From NCBI GenBank assembly GCA_049627345.1, contig JBMZXF010000004.1:17957-81956 (forward strand): a stretch of DNA of 64,000 nt. Direction: 5' to 3'. Made by a program: the position numbers and the translations under genes. How positions within the stretch are numbered: position 1 is the stretch's first letter; every line of letters starts with the position of its first letter. The notes under the pieces are model-generated. The model was not told the origin of the DNA and made no database searches. It worked only from the letters and a program-made list of their open reading frames with translations. Below are positions 1 to 7,878 of this stretch, piece by piece. This stretch comes from Poseidonia sp. GTDB lineage: Archaea > Thermoplasmatota > Poseidoniia > Poseidoniales > Poseidoniaceae.

Positions 1-585
1 GGCGTCCACCGACCCGAAGGTTTGGCCGTGCGTGCTCACCGCGCCAAGGGTTTCTGGGTCGAGGGGCCTCCCTTCCTCGTCCAAGTCTGATGGAATGAAG
101 ATCGGGTCGTATCCAAAGCCGCCTTCCCCTTCGGCATCATAGGCGATTGACCCTTTGCAAACGCCCTTTCCGAAATGAAGTTCCCGGCCGTCCCACAAGG
201 CCGCAACAGCTTGAAACGAAGCGGAACGGAGGCGCTTTGAGCGAGCCGGATCCTCGCTCTGGAGATGTGCGAGCAAGCGGAGCATGCCTGCATTGCCGAC
301 CGTTTCATGAACGTAAGATGAATAGACGCCTGGGAATCCATCGAGGGCATCCACAAACAACCCCGCATCCTCCACCAGCACCATGGCACCTTCGTGAGGA
401 AGGTGTTCCATCGCCTGGCGAATTTTGGCCTCCGCCACCTCCTCAAGGGTTGAGGCTTGAGGTTCAACAATCGAACCCTCTGGGACCTCAAGGGCACGAA
501 CCGTCATGCCCAGTGTGGAGAAGTGGTGCGTGGCCTCCGCCAACTTTCCGGCGTTTGAGGTGAGAAACCAAACGGTCGTGTCCAT
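1..585 (-). CDS. Non-canonical purine NTP pyrophosphatase (Ham1/RdgB, ITPase family). The 3' end runs off the window edge. This gene is not in the supplied ORF track.
   Basis: I translated the minus strand manually. Starting from the ATG at 585..583 it reads MDTTVWFLTSNAGKLAEATHHFSTLGMTVRALEVPEGSIVEPQASTLEEVAEAKIRQAMEHLPHEGAMVLVEDAGLFVDALDGFPGVYSSYVHET...FGYDPIFIP with no stop codon before position 1. This matches the Ham1 N-terminal motif and the FPGVYS motif. Confidence 0.85.
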   Translation of the reverse strand, partial: MDTTVWFLTSNAGKLAEATHHFSTLGMTVRALEVPEGSIVEPQASTLEEVAEAKIRQAMEHLPHEGAMVLVEDAGLFVDALDGFPGVYSSYVHETVGNAGMLRLLAHLQSEDPARSKRLRSASFQAVAALWDGRELHFGKGVCKGSIAYDAEGEGGFGYDPIFIPSDLDEEGRPLDPETLGAVSTHGQTFGSVDA

Positions 586-683
586 GGTTGGCCTTCTTGG
601 TGACGGCTAATGACCGTGCCCGTTGGCGGCGAATGCTTTCCGGGGAAAGGAGAGACTTTAGCCCGCGCTGACCAGCCTTCCTC

Positions 684-1052
684 ATGCTCTCAAATTGGAT
701 GCTTGTCGCCGTCGGCGGCGCCGTGGGCGCCGTGTTGAGGTACCTCATCAGCGAAACCACACCCGACACCGGTTTTCCTTGGGCCACCCTCAGCGTGAAT
801 CTCATCGGTTCCTTGCTGCTGGGCTTGGTCGCCGCAGCCACCCTCGCCAGTGTGCTTTCCGAATCTCAAGCGTTGCTGCTGGGCGTCGGGTTGTTGGGGG
901 CGTTCACGACCATGTCCACCTTCTCGGTGGAAACCATCACCATGGTGGAAGCAGGGCACTGGCGTCTTGCAGGGGCTTATGTTCTGGTCAGCGCAATTCT
1001 CGGGCCCGTGCTCGCTCTGGCTGGATGGAAAGGCGGGCAAGCGGTGTTCTAA
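684..1052 (+). CDS. crcB: Fluoride ion channel CrcB/FluC
   Basis: This is a 122-aa protein with four TM helices. It carries GGAVGAVLRY, NLIGSLLLG and GAFTTMSTF, which are typical CrcB motifs. Confidence 0.85.
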   Translation: MLSNWMLVAVGGAVGAVLRYLISETTPDTGFPWATLSVNLIGSLLLGLVAAATLASVLSESQALLLGVGLLGAFTTMSTFSVETITMVEAGHWRLAGAYVLVSAILGPVLALAGWKGGQAVF

Positions 1053-1055
1053 GCC

Positions 1056-2174
1056 TCACTTCAAGATGGCCAGCATGCGGTTAAGCGCCAACAAGGAGCC
1101 GGCTTGAACTTCCTCCGGCACCACGATTTGATTGGGGATTTCACCGTCGACCAGACGTTCCAACACGTCCATCAGGTAAGCAGGGTGAATCATGTACATG
1201 GTTGAGCAAGGGCAAATTTCCTCGTCCAAGCATTCGATGTGCTTGTCGGGGTGTTCTTGCGCCAACCTGGCGACCATGTTGATCTCCGTCCCGATGGCAA
1301 TGGAGGCGCCAGCAGGTTGTTCGTTCACGAAATTGCGAATGTATTGGGTCGAACCGTAAGCGTCGGCGAGTTCAACCGTCTCTTTCGGGCATTCTGGATG
1401 AACCACCACGATGCCGTCGGGGTGTTGCTCGCGGAATTCAGCGATCTGTTGAGGCGTGAAGCGCTTGTGCACCGAACAAAATCCATGCCACAGCACGATG
1501 CGGGCGTTGTCCAACGAGCCCATGGCACCAATGCCAGGCGTCCAGGTCGGCATTCGGTCCTCAGAAATACCCATGGCAAGACCGGTGTTTCGCCCCAAAT
1601 GCTGGTCGGGGAAGAACAACACCGCACCCTTTGGACCGGCTCGCTCAAAGGCCCAATTCAACACGCCCTCGGCGTTGGATGAAGTGCACACCACGCCGCC
1701 GTGTCGACCCACGAAATCTTTCAGGTCCGCACTTGAATTCATGTAGGTGACGGGCACGAGGTAGGCTTCTCCCTCGCCCGCTACATCCTCGGGATGTTCC
1801 CGGTTGATGGGGTCGGAAAGCCCCGACTGGTCGAGTAACTCCTGCCATGCCACTTCGACCTCAGTCAGCGTGGCCATGTCGGCCATGGAGCACCCCGCCC
1901 GAAGGTTGGGGAGGACCACGGATTGGTCGTCGGAGGTGAGAATATCAGCCGATTCAGCCATGAAGTGGACGCCACAGAAGACGATGTACTTGGCGTCCGA
2001 TTCGGCCGCCTTTTGGCTGAGCATGAACGAGTCACCGAGGAAATCGGCGTGCATCACGATGCTGTCCCGCTGGTAGTGATGGCCGAGGATGAGCAAATCA
2101 TCACCCAGCTGTTCTTTCAGTTCCTGAATTCGGTCGGCAACGGCTTGCTCTTCAACGGACAGCGTGGTGTCCAT
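1056..2174 (-). CDS. nadA: Quinolinate synthase NadA
   Basis: It contains HHYQ, FCGVHFMAE, VVHPECP and CPCSTM motifs. The ORF track extends to 2228, but the Met at MDTTLS (2174) better matches NadA N-termini. Confidence 0.85.
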   Translation of the reverse strand: MDTTLSVEEQAVADRIQELKEQLGDDLLILGHHYQRDSIVMHADFLGDSFMLSQKAAESDAKYIVFCGVHFMAESADILTSDDQSVVLPNLRAGCSMADMATLTEVEVAWQELLDQSGLSDPINREHPEDVAGEGEAYLVPVTYMNSSADLKDFVGRHGGVVCTSSNAEGVLNWAFERAGPKGAVLFFPDQHLGRNTGLAMGISEDRMPTWTPGIGAMGSLDNARIVLWHGFCSVHKRFTPQQIAEFREQHPDGIVVVHPECPKETVELADAYGSTQYIRNFVNEQPAGASIAIGTEINMVARLAQEHPDKHIECLDEEICPCSTMYMIHPAYLMDVLERLVDGEIPNQIVVPEEVQAGSLLALNRMLAILK

Positions 2175-2281
2175 GAAATTAACAGAACACATCGGGAGGG
2201 TCACCGTCATGGCTCTCATCTGTCCCAACGCTCAACCCTTTTTGAAGGAACGGATGGGCGTGAACGTTCAAAAAGAAGACC

Positions 2282-2977
2282 TTGGTGAGCCCCTCCATGG
2301 TCTTCCAGCCAACAGAGCGCCTTCACCTCGGCGCAGAGGCCGAGGTTTGGAAGGGTGAGTGGTTCGGTCGCCCGGCGGTCCGAAAGCAACGACGACCGCG
2401 TTCCTGGCGCCACCCCAATTTGGACCACCGCCTGGGGGTGCGACGCATGATCAGCGAAGCCCGCCTGCTGATTCGAACCCGGAAAGCCGGCCTTTCGGTC
2501 CCTTCCGTGTGGGACCTTGACTACGAAGGCGGTCAGCTCATCATCGAACACCTCGGTGGTCGTCCGTTGATCGACGTGCTCAACGATGAAGCGACGACCG
2601 ACGGCGAGGCCAAGGCGATGCTTCGGCGTGTCGGCGCATCGGTGAGACGCCTCCACCGCGTGGCCACCACGCACGGAGACCTGTCGAGCAACAACATTCT
2701 CATCGAGGGCGAAACCGTTCACCTGATCGACTTCGGTCTCGCTTCGGTGGAGTACGACGTCGAGCGTTTCGGTATTGATTTGCACGTGCTGGACGAGATT
2801 CTCGGAGCGTCCCACCCCCAATGGGAGGGCGCCATTGATTGGGTGATTGAGGGCTACCTCTCAGCCGAAGAGAACCTCGGACCGGCGCCCGTGCTCCAAG
2901 GAGGTGCTGTCCCTTCGGCGAAGGAGGTTCACGCTCGACTCGAGGACATTCGAACCCGTGTTCGTTATCACGGTTGA
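2282..2977 (+). CDS. bud32: Bud32-type serine/threonine kinase (KEOPS subunit, RIO-like fold)
   Basis: It has the GAEAEVWKGEW glycine-loop region and an HGDLSSNNI catalytic loop. Its length of about 225 aa is typical of archaeal Bud32. The true start may be the Met at 2297. Confidence 0.7.
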   Translation: MVSPSMVFQPTERLHLGAEAEVWKGEWFGRPAVRKQRRPRSWRHPNLDHRLGVRRMISEARLLIRTRKAGLSVPSVWDLDYEGGQLIIEHLGGRPLIDVLNDEATTDGEAKAMLRRVGASVRRLHRVATTHGDLSSNNILIEGETVHLIDFGLASVEYDVERFGIDLHVLDEILGASHPQWEGAIDWVIEGYLSAEENLGPAPVLQGGAVPSAKEVHARLEDIRTRVRYHG

Positions 2978-5034
2978 CGGCTTTGACGGCGCTCACTCTG
3001 GCGCTGCCACATGTTCCAAGCGACGACCACGAAGGCCGCAAGAACCCCGGCCTGTAACACGAGGCTGGAGTACAAACGAAGTTCGGGCTCCCATGCATGA
3101 ACTCGCATCGACATCGTATCGTCGTCCATCTCAAAATAGACGAGTTGGTGTTCCAGCACCAACGGCCCCCACTGGTCTTTGTAGTCGGACGTTAAGACAA
3201 ACGAGGTGTTGGTGGCGAGTTCCATGAAGTAAATCTCTCGGTCGAGGTACTTTTCCTGAGGCGAGAGCGGGTTGAGGTGATCGCGCACCGACCAGGCGAG
3301 GATGCCGTGGTCGAGGGAGATGTCGGACACGTGGTACTTTGGATTGCTGGCCAACCACTGCTCGGCCGTCGTTCGGTTGTAGAGCACCAAACGGTCGGTG
3401 GCGGAAACGTTGACCGTCACGGCGAGGTATTCCCGGTCAAAGGCCATGCTTTGCACCGTGGCATTTTCCATGTCAACCGGCGTGCCCCACGACGCCAGAA
3501 TCTCATCTTCCTCTACCGGCGCGGAGGCGTTGATGGTGTAGCCCACTTCGCCGCGAACACCGAGTTGCAGGACGGTCACTTCCATCGGTCGCTCGGCGGT
3601 AACATAGGCGATTTCAGAACCCGAACATGTCAACTGCTCAATGCCTTCATGCGCATCATCCGACACGAGCACGGGTGTGCCCTCCAAATCAGTGACCTCA
3701 AGCACACCGTCAAGGGTGTACACGAGGACCATCGATGAGGCACGTTCGCACAGCAACAGGTGCTCGGGTTGGGGAAGGTCCAACGTGCTAAGTATCCGTT
3801 CGGGTTGATGAACGTCGTACATCAACAGGGCTGTGCCGTTCGCCACCACGAGAAGGTCGTTTTGGAGGGCATGCGTGGAATCCAGACTCAGCCCGGGAAC
3901 CTCCACCCTGGAGGAGGCAGCGTCAGCCGCCGATAAATTCTGGAGCAGCAGGGAGACCCCTTCGGTTTGGTTGTCCAGCGTTGCCAGCCATTCGTCGGAC
4001 ACGGCAGCGGCCTCAGGAGCTTCCACACCGCCGGCAGGGAGGGAACGGTGGGTCAAATCCCACGTGATGACGGCAGCCACGACGATCAAAATGGCCACGG
4101 CCATTCGCCCGGTCTCCCGACTTGTCGGCGTTCGGTATTGCTTGAATTCTCGGCCAACTCGGCCGGTGAGCCACGCCCACGCTTGGCCTGGACGGGTCAG
4201 GACGGTGACGATGCGAGCGTTCATCGTTCGCTCGTCGAAGAACTTCCACCAACCGTTGGAGGTACGGTCCGCCATGGACACCGCAGCGCCGGCGATGAGC
4301 ATGCCCCCGATGATGTCGAGGAACCAGTGAATGCCGAGGTAGATGATGGTGAACGCCGTCAGCAAGGTGTAGGCAAACACGGTGTAGCGATAGCGGTTCC
4401 AGCGACGGTCGTCGTCAAAGCGAGTAAGGCACAACCACACGGCAAACGGAATCCCGATGTGAAGCGACGGCATCCCGTTCGTGAACGGGTCAATCCTTCG
4501 GAACCAGTCAGCGATTTCGGGGGTGAGGGTGTAGGCCAACGTTTCCATTCCGGGGATGGTATCACCCGTCACTCGAACGTTGAAAAAGAGGTAAAACGGT
4601 ACGGCGAGGATGTAAACCCAAGCGATGGACAGGGTTACCCGGTCGGCAAGCCAACGATCATCAAAGTAGGCGAAGTAGAACACTGAAACGTAGCAGATGA
4701 ACATGAAGCCGGCGACGTAGAAATGCGTCAGGGCGATGGTCAACCAATCCGCCTGAAAGGTCTCCTGAACCCACAACACGAGGTTGCCCTCAATGGCCCA
4801 AATGTACGGTGTCATGTCCAGGCCGGTGCTCGCCATGAGCAAACGGTCCACTTGGTCGAGCACGTCCTTGGCGTTGTAGATGGCAAACACGATGAGAATG
4901 TGGACCCAATACCTCCGGAAGAAATCCACGAACGGCGGCAGGGACAACTTCGCCCAAGGCGGTTTGAACACGGGAAGCAGGATGACGCCCAAGGCCAAGG
5001 CGCTGATCATCCAGGTCAAGTAGACACTCTGCAC
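2968..5034 (-). CDS. Polytopic membrane protein with an N-terminal PAP2-like (phosphatidic acid phosphatase type 2) domain and a large extracytoplasmic C-terminal domain
   Basis: The first roughly 260 aa are multi-TM and contain PSLHIG and HWFLD, which resemble the PSGH and SRx5Hx3D motifs of PAP2. This is followed by a 400-aa hydrophilic domain and a C-terminal TM helix. Confidence 0.55.
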   Translation of the reverse strand: MQSVYLTWMISALALGVILLPVFKPPWAKLSLPPFVDFFRRYWVHILIVFAIYNAKDVLDQVDRLLMASTGLDMTPYIWAIEGNLVLWVQETFQADWLTIALTHFYVAGFMFICYVSVFYFAYFDDRWLADRVTLSIAWVYILAVPFYLFFNVRVTGDTIPGMETLAYTLTPEIADWFRRIDPFTNGMPSLHIGIPFAVWLCLTRFDDDRRWNRYRYTVFAYTLLTAFTIIYLGIHWFLDIIGGMLIAGAAVSMADRTSNGWWKFFDERTMNARIVTVLTRPGQAWAWLTGRVGREFKQYRTPTSRETGRMAVAILIVVAAVITWDLTHRSLPAGGVEAPEAAAVSDEWLATLDNQTEGVSLLLQNLSAADAASSRVEVPGLSLDSTHALQNDLLVVANGTALLMYDVHQPERILSTLDLPQPEHLLLCERASSMVLVYTLDGVLEVTDLEGTPVLVSDDAHEGIEQLTCSGSEIAYVTAERPMEVTVLQLGVRGEVGYTINASAPVEEDEILASWGTPVDMENATVQSMAFDREYLAVTVNVSATDRLVLYNRTTAEQWLASNPKYHVSDISLDHGILAWSVRDHLNPLSPQEKYLDREIYFMELATNTSFVLTSDYKDQWGPLVLEHQLVYFEMDDDTMSMRVHAWEPELRLYSSLVLQAGVLAAFVVVAWNMWQRQSERRQSRQP

Positions 5035-5111
5035 AGCGTGGCCTCCAGTTTTGGGTCGCGCCGTCCCTTCATCAAAGCGTCGTCATCCGGCCTGCGCAGG
5101 AGGCGTTCTGT

Positions 5112-5465
5112 TTACCAGGCGCCGTGGACGTAGGGCTTGCCTCGGTCGGGGTCGCGGCGGTTGGCCAAGTCGTAGATCCGTTCAAACCGGTAGATACCGC
5201 TCGAGCAACCTTGCTTCCACTCGAACGCCAGGGCGTACTTTCCAACCGTTCGCACCGTGGGTTTCTCCGCAGGGAGCGCCTCAATTTGGCGACGCAGCGT
5301 GCGGCTGGTGTCGTCCTCGTTTCGCATGGGTGAGCACTTTGCGCAAGGGCAGGCATGACGCAGATCGTCGTAGCTGACCGTGTAGTCAGCGCCGCTGTCG
5401 TAGGTGAGGACCATGTCCTGTGCACGGCGTTCAAGCTTCTTGAGCGTGGGCAAGACGTCGGTCAT
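5112..5465 (-). CDS. DUF971 family protein (gamma-butyrobetaine hydroxylase-like N-terminal fold)
   Basis: This is a 117-aa protein with a CPCAKC motif. It lies immediately downstream of the mrp gene with a 9 bp gap, which is a known conserved pairing. Confidence 0.65.
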   Translation of the reverse strand: MTDVLPTLKKLERRAQDMVLTYDSGADYTVSYDDLRHACPCAKCSPMRNEDDTSRTLRRQIEALPAEKPTVRTVGKYALAFEWKQGCSSGIYRFERIYDLANRRDPDRGKPYVHGAW

Positions 5466-5474
5466 GTGCTCACC

Positions 5475-6485
5475 TCAAATGATTTCGAGGCCGCCGTCGG
5501 CACCGTCTGAAAGTTGGTCTTGGATGGCCGTCACAACCTTCGCGAAGGCCTGTGCAGAGGGGCCTTCGGGTTCGGAAACAATCCTGTGCACACCGTCATC
5601 ACCGCCCCGAACAAACCCGGGGTCAAAGGGCAGGGCGCCGAGGAAGGGAACACCGAATTCTTCGGCCGTCTCCTTGCCGCCGCCTTCTTTGAAGATATCA
5701 AGCGTCACGGAAAAGTTGCCTTCATCGTCGGCCGTGGTGGCCAGCGTTTTACCGCCGGGAGCGGCGATGTTCACCTCGGCCCCCGGTGAGGTCGTGCCGT
5801 TCACCGTGAAGCCGCTCATGTTCTCAACCACACCGAGCACGGGCACCTTGAGGGACTCGGAGAAGGTGATGGATTTTCGGCTGTCGAGCAGCGCCACTTG
5901 TTGCGGCGTAGTGACGATGACCATGCCGTCGATGTCGGGAAGGGATTGCGCCACCGTCAACGGTTCGTCCGAGGTGCCGGGCGGGAAGTCAATGATGAGG
6001 TAGTCAAGTTCCCCCCATTCCACATCGCCGATGAATTGCTGGATGGCGCCCAACTTGATGGGGCCGCGCCACACGACCGGGGTGTCTTCGTCCTCGAGCA
6101 GGAAAGCCATGCTGATGACCTTCACGCCAAGGTGGCCCTGAGCGGGATGAATGCGCTTGTTTTCGACGTGAAGGCGACGCCCGTCGAGACCCATCATTTT
6201 GGGGACGTTCGGCCCGGTGATGTCGATGTCGAGGATGCCCACTGCGTGGCCTTGTTGGGCCAGCGAGAGCGCAAGACCGGTGGAGACGGTGGATTTCCCG
6301 ACGCCGCCTTTGCCGGACAAGACCATGATTTTGTGTTTGATCTTGCGACCGATTTCCTCCATGGCCATCTTGCGCTTCATCTGAGCATACGCCTGTTCCA
6401 TTTGCTTCTGCTCTTGGGGGGACGGGCCGGCCGGTGCTTCGTTTGCGCCGCCCGGGGTGTTGATGGATACGGGGGAATCCGCCAT
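5475..6485 (-). CDS. apbC: Fe-S cluster carrier ATPase Mrp/ApbC/NBP35
   Basis: It has a Walker A motif GKGGVGKST, a ParA/MinD-like fold and the CxxC-type region typical of Mrp. Confidence 0.85.
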   Translation of the reverse strand: MADSPVSINTPGGANEAPAGPSPQEQKQMEQAYAQMKRKMAMEEIGRKIKHKIMVLSGKGGVGKSTVSTGLALSLAQQGHAVGILDIDITGPNVPKMMGLDGRRLHVENKRIHPAQGHLGVKVISMAFLLEDEDTPVVWRGPIKLGAIQQFIGDVEWGELDYLIIDFPPGTSDEPLTVAQSLPDIDGMVIVTTPQQVALLDSRKSITFSESLKVPVLGVVENMSGFTVNGTTSPGAEVNIAAPGGKTLATTADDEGNFSVTLDIFKEGGGKETAEEFGVPFLGALPFDPGFVRGGDDGVHRIVSEPEGPSAQAFAKVVTAIQDQLSDGADGGLEII

Positions 6486-6545
6486 GATGCCACCACCAAA
6501 CTGGCCTACTTCAACCCACCCACAAGGGAGGAAGGATGCCGCAGT

Positions 6546-6887
6546 TCACGGCGACCATCGGCGGTATGCAGCGCCGTGAACCACCAACGTGGCTCCGAGC
6601 ACGCCGACCACCGCCGGCAGCGACCACGCCATGCCGCCGTAGGCCCACGCCAAGCCAGTTGCCATCGCCAGCGAAAGTGGGGTCGTGCGACGGAGTGCAA
6701 GGCGTCGGCCAGTGACTGATTCAGGCGAGCCCACCCACGCCGTGACGGGCCCAAAGGCAAGGACGTGGACGGTGATGAGCGCGGCCACCATGGCAAAGGC
6801 GGTGTCCATGTCGCGTGCTGCAAACACGATGTGGAGTCCAAAGAGGAGCCCGAACACGCCCAGGTTGAGCCCGAGTGCTCGCCACAC
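6546..6887 (-). CDS. Small hydrophobic membrane protein (hypothetical)
   Basis: It is 113 aa with about four predicted TM helices. The other ORFs over this span translate to Arg/Trp/Cys-rich nonsense. Confidence 0.4.
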   Translation of the reverse strand: MWRALGLNLGVFGLLFGLHIVFAARDMDTAFAMVAALITVHVLAFGPVTAWVGSPESVTGRRLALRRTTPLSLAMATGLAWAYGGMAWSLPAVVGVLGATLVVHGAAYRRWSP

Positions 6888-6972
6888 AAGCGGCCGTGCA
6901 CGCCGTGGTATGTCAAGGCATCAACCTTCTATGGAGCGAGAGTCTAAATGGCATCGTCTGCTTGTGGATTGC

Positions 6973-7344
6973 ATGAAGGTCCTGTTCGTATGTGTCGGAA
7001 ACTCCTGTCGCTCTCAGATGGCCGAAGGACTGGCCAAATCCATGGGCCTGGAAGCCGCCTCTGCTGGCACTCATCCTGCCCAAGCGGTCGCCAAACACGC
7101 CGTGACCCTGCTTGAAGGCCGAGGCATCTCCACGGACGGGATGACACCGAAGTCCCTGGACAACTTCAACCCGAGTGATTTTGACATGGTCATCTCCATG
7201 GGGTGTGGCGTTCACTGCCCAGCGATCAAGATCGACCAGGATTGGGAACTTGAAGACCCGGTCGGCCAAGCGTACGAGGTGTACGAAGCGACGGCTGCAG
7301 AAATTCAGCGCAGGCTTGAATTGCTGGCCGCTCAGGAATCTTGA
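6973..7344 (+). CDS. Low-molecular-weight phosphotyrosine phosphatase / ArsC-family arsenate reductase
   Basis: It starts MKVLFVCVGNSCRSQMAEG, which is the Cx5R(S) LMW-PTP signature. The ORF-track N-terminal extension from 6685 is Arg-rich junk, so the real start is the ATG at 6973. Confidence 0.75.
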   Translation: MKVLFVCVGNSCRSQMAEGLAKSMGLEAASAGTHPAQAVAKHAVTLLEGRGISTDGMTPKSLDNFNPSDFDMVISMGCGVHCPAIKIDQDWELEDPVGQAYEVYEATAAEIQRRLELLAAQES

Positions 7345-7652
7345 GGCTCGGGCACATCGCCCACGCCTTCCATGTCAATGCGGAGCACGCTCACGGTTCG
7401 CATGCCGTTCTCGCCCTCGACCTCTTCCGATTCGCACGAGAGGTGCTGAATGTTCACGGCCTCTGGCAAACCCTGAGCGATGTGACCGTTCCTTCGTCGG
7501 CACACTTCTGCGACGTCGACCGCTCTGGAGATGGTGGCTCCACGGGCCACCAACTGAATTTCTCGGTCGCCGTCCTCCATGGCTTTGACCACGGCTCGGA
7601 CATAGGCATGAAGGGGCTTTTTTCCGACAAAAATCACTCTGCGGTCGCTCAT
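7332..7652 (-). CDS. albA: Chromatin protein Alba
   Basis: The sequence reads MSDRRVIFVGKKPLHAYVRAVVKAMEDGDREIQLVARGATISRAVDVAEV. The ORF-track version runs through the tRNA gene, so I trimmed it to the Met at 7652. Confidence 0.85.
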   Translation of the reverse strand: MSDRRVIFVGKKPLHAYVRAVVKAMEDGDREIQLVARGATISRAVDVAEVCRRRNGHIAQGLPEAVNIQHLSCESEEVEGENGMRTVSVLRIDMEGVGDVPEPQDS

Positions 7653-7723
7653 GGCTCTCGGCTTGTGTTGAGGGCGTTCATCCCATAAACATTGAGAGGA
7701 AATTGACCTGTAATGGCTCGCAG

Positions 7724-7798
7724 TGGTGCGAGCGCCGGGACTCGAACCCGGGTTCAGGCGTTGGCAACGCCCGGTGATAACCACTACACTACGCTCGC
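7724..7798 (-). tRNA. tRNA-Gly (anticodon GCC) with an encoded CCA
   Basis: The reverse complement is GCGAGCGTAGTGTAGTGGTTATCACCGGGCGTTGCCAACGCCTGAACCCGGGTTCGAGTCCCGGCGCTCGCACCA. It folds as a cloverleaf: a 7-bp acceptor stem, an anticodon loop TTGCCAA, a T-loop TTCGAGT and a discriminator A followed by CCA. Confidence 0.9.
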
Positions 7799-7878
7799 TG
7801 GTGGCCGTCCCACCTTGAAGGAGTTTAAACGGTTGTCGGCGAGGAACGATTGAGGAAGCGCCCCAGAAGGCCGCCCTG

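Noticed and set aside
586-683. A possible fluoride riboswitch (crcB motif) upstream of crcB
   Set aside because: The segment contains ctaatgacc and ggcggcgaatg. The order and spacing do not match the crcB-motif consensus, which is GGCGAUGG...CUAAUGAC. No convincing pseudoknot architecture is present.
6685-6972. ORF-track N-terminal extensions. Examples are 6685 for the LMW-PTP, 7922 for Alba running through the tRNA, 54139 for ALDH, 26155 for hmgS and 21868 for metF.
   Set aside because: The extensions are Arg/Trp/Pro-rich and overlap neighbouring genes or the tRNA. Family-typical N-termini begin at internal Met codons.
7653-7878. A mobile element or integration site at tRNA-Gly
   Set aside because: No integrase, transposase, direct repeat of the tRNA 3' end or compositional shift is seen around the tRNA. 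The neighbours are Alba and a surface protein.
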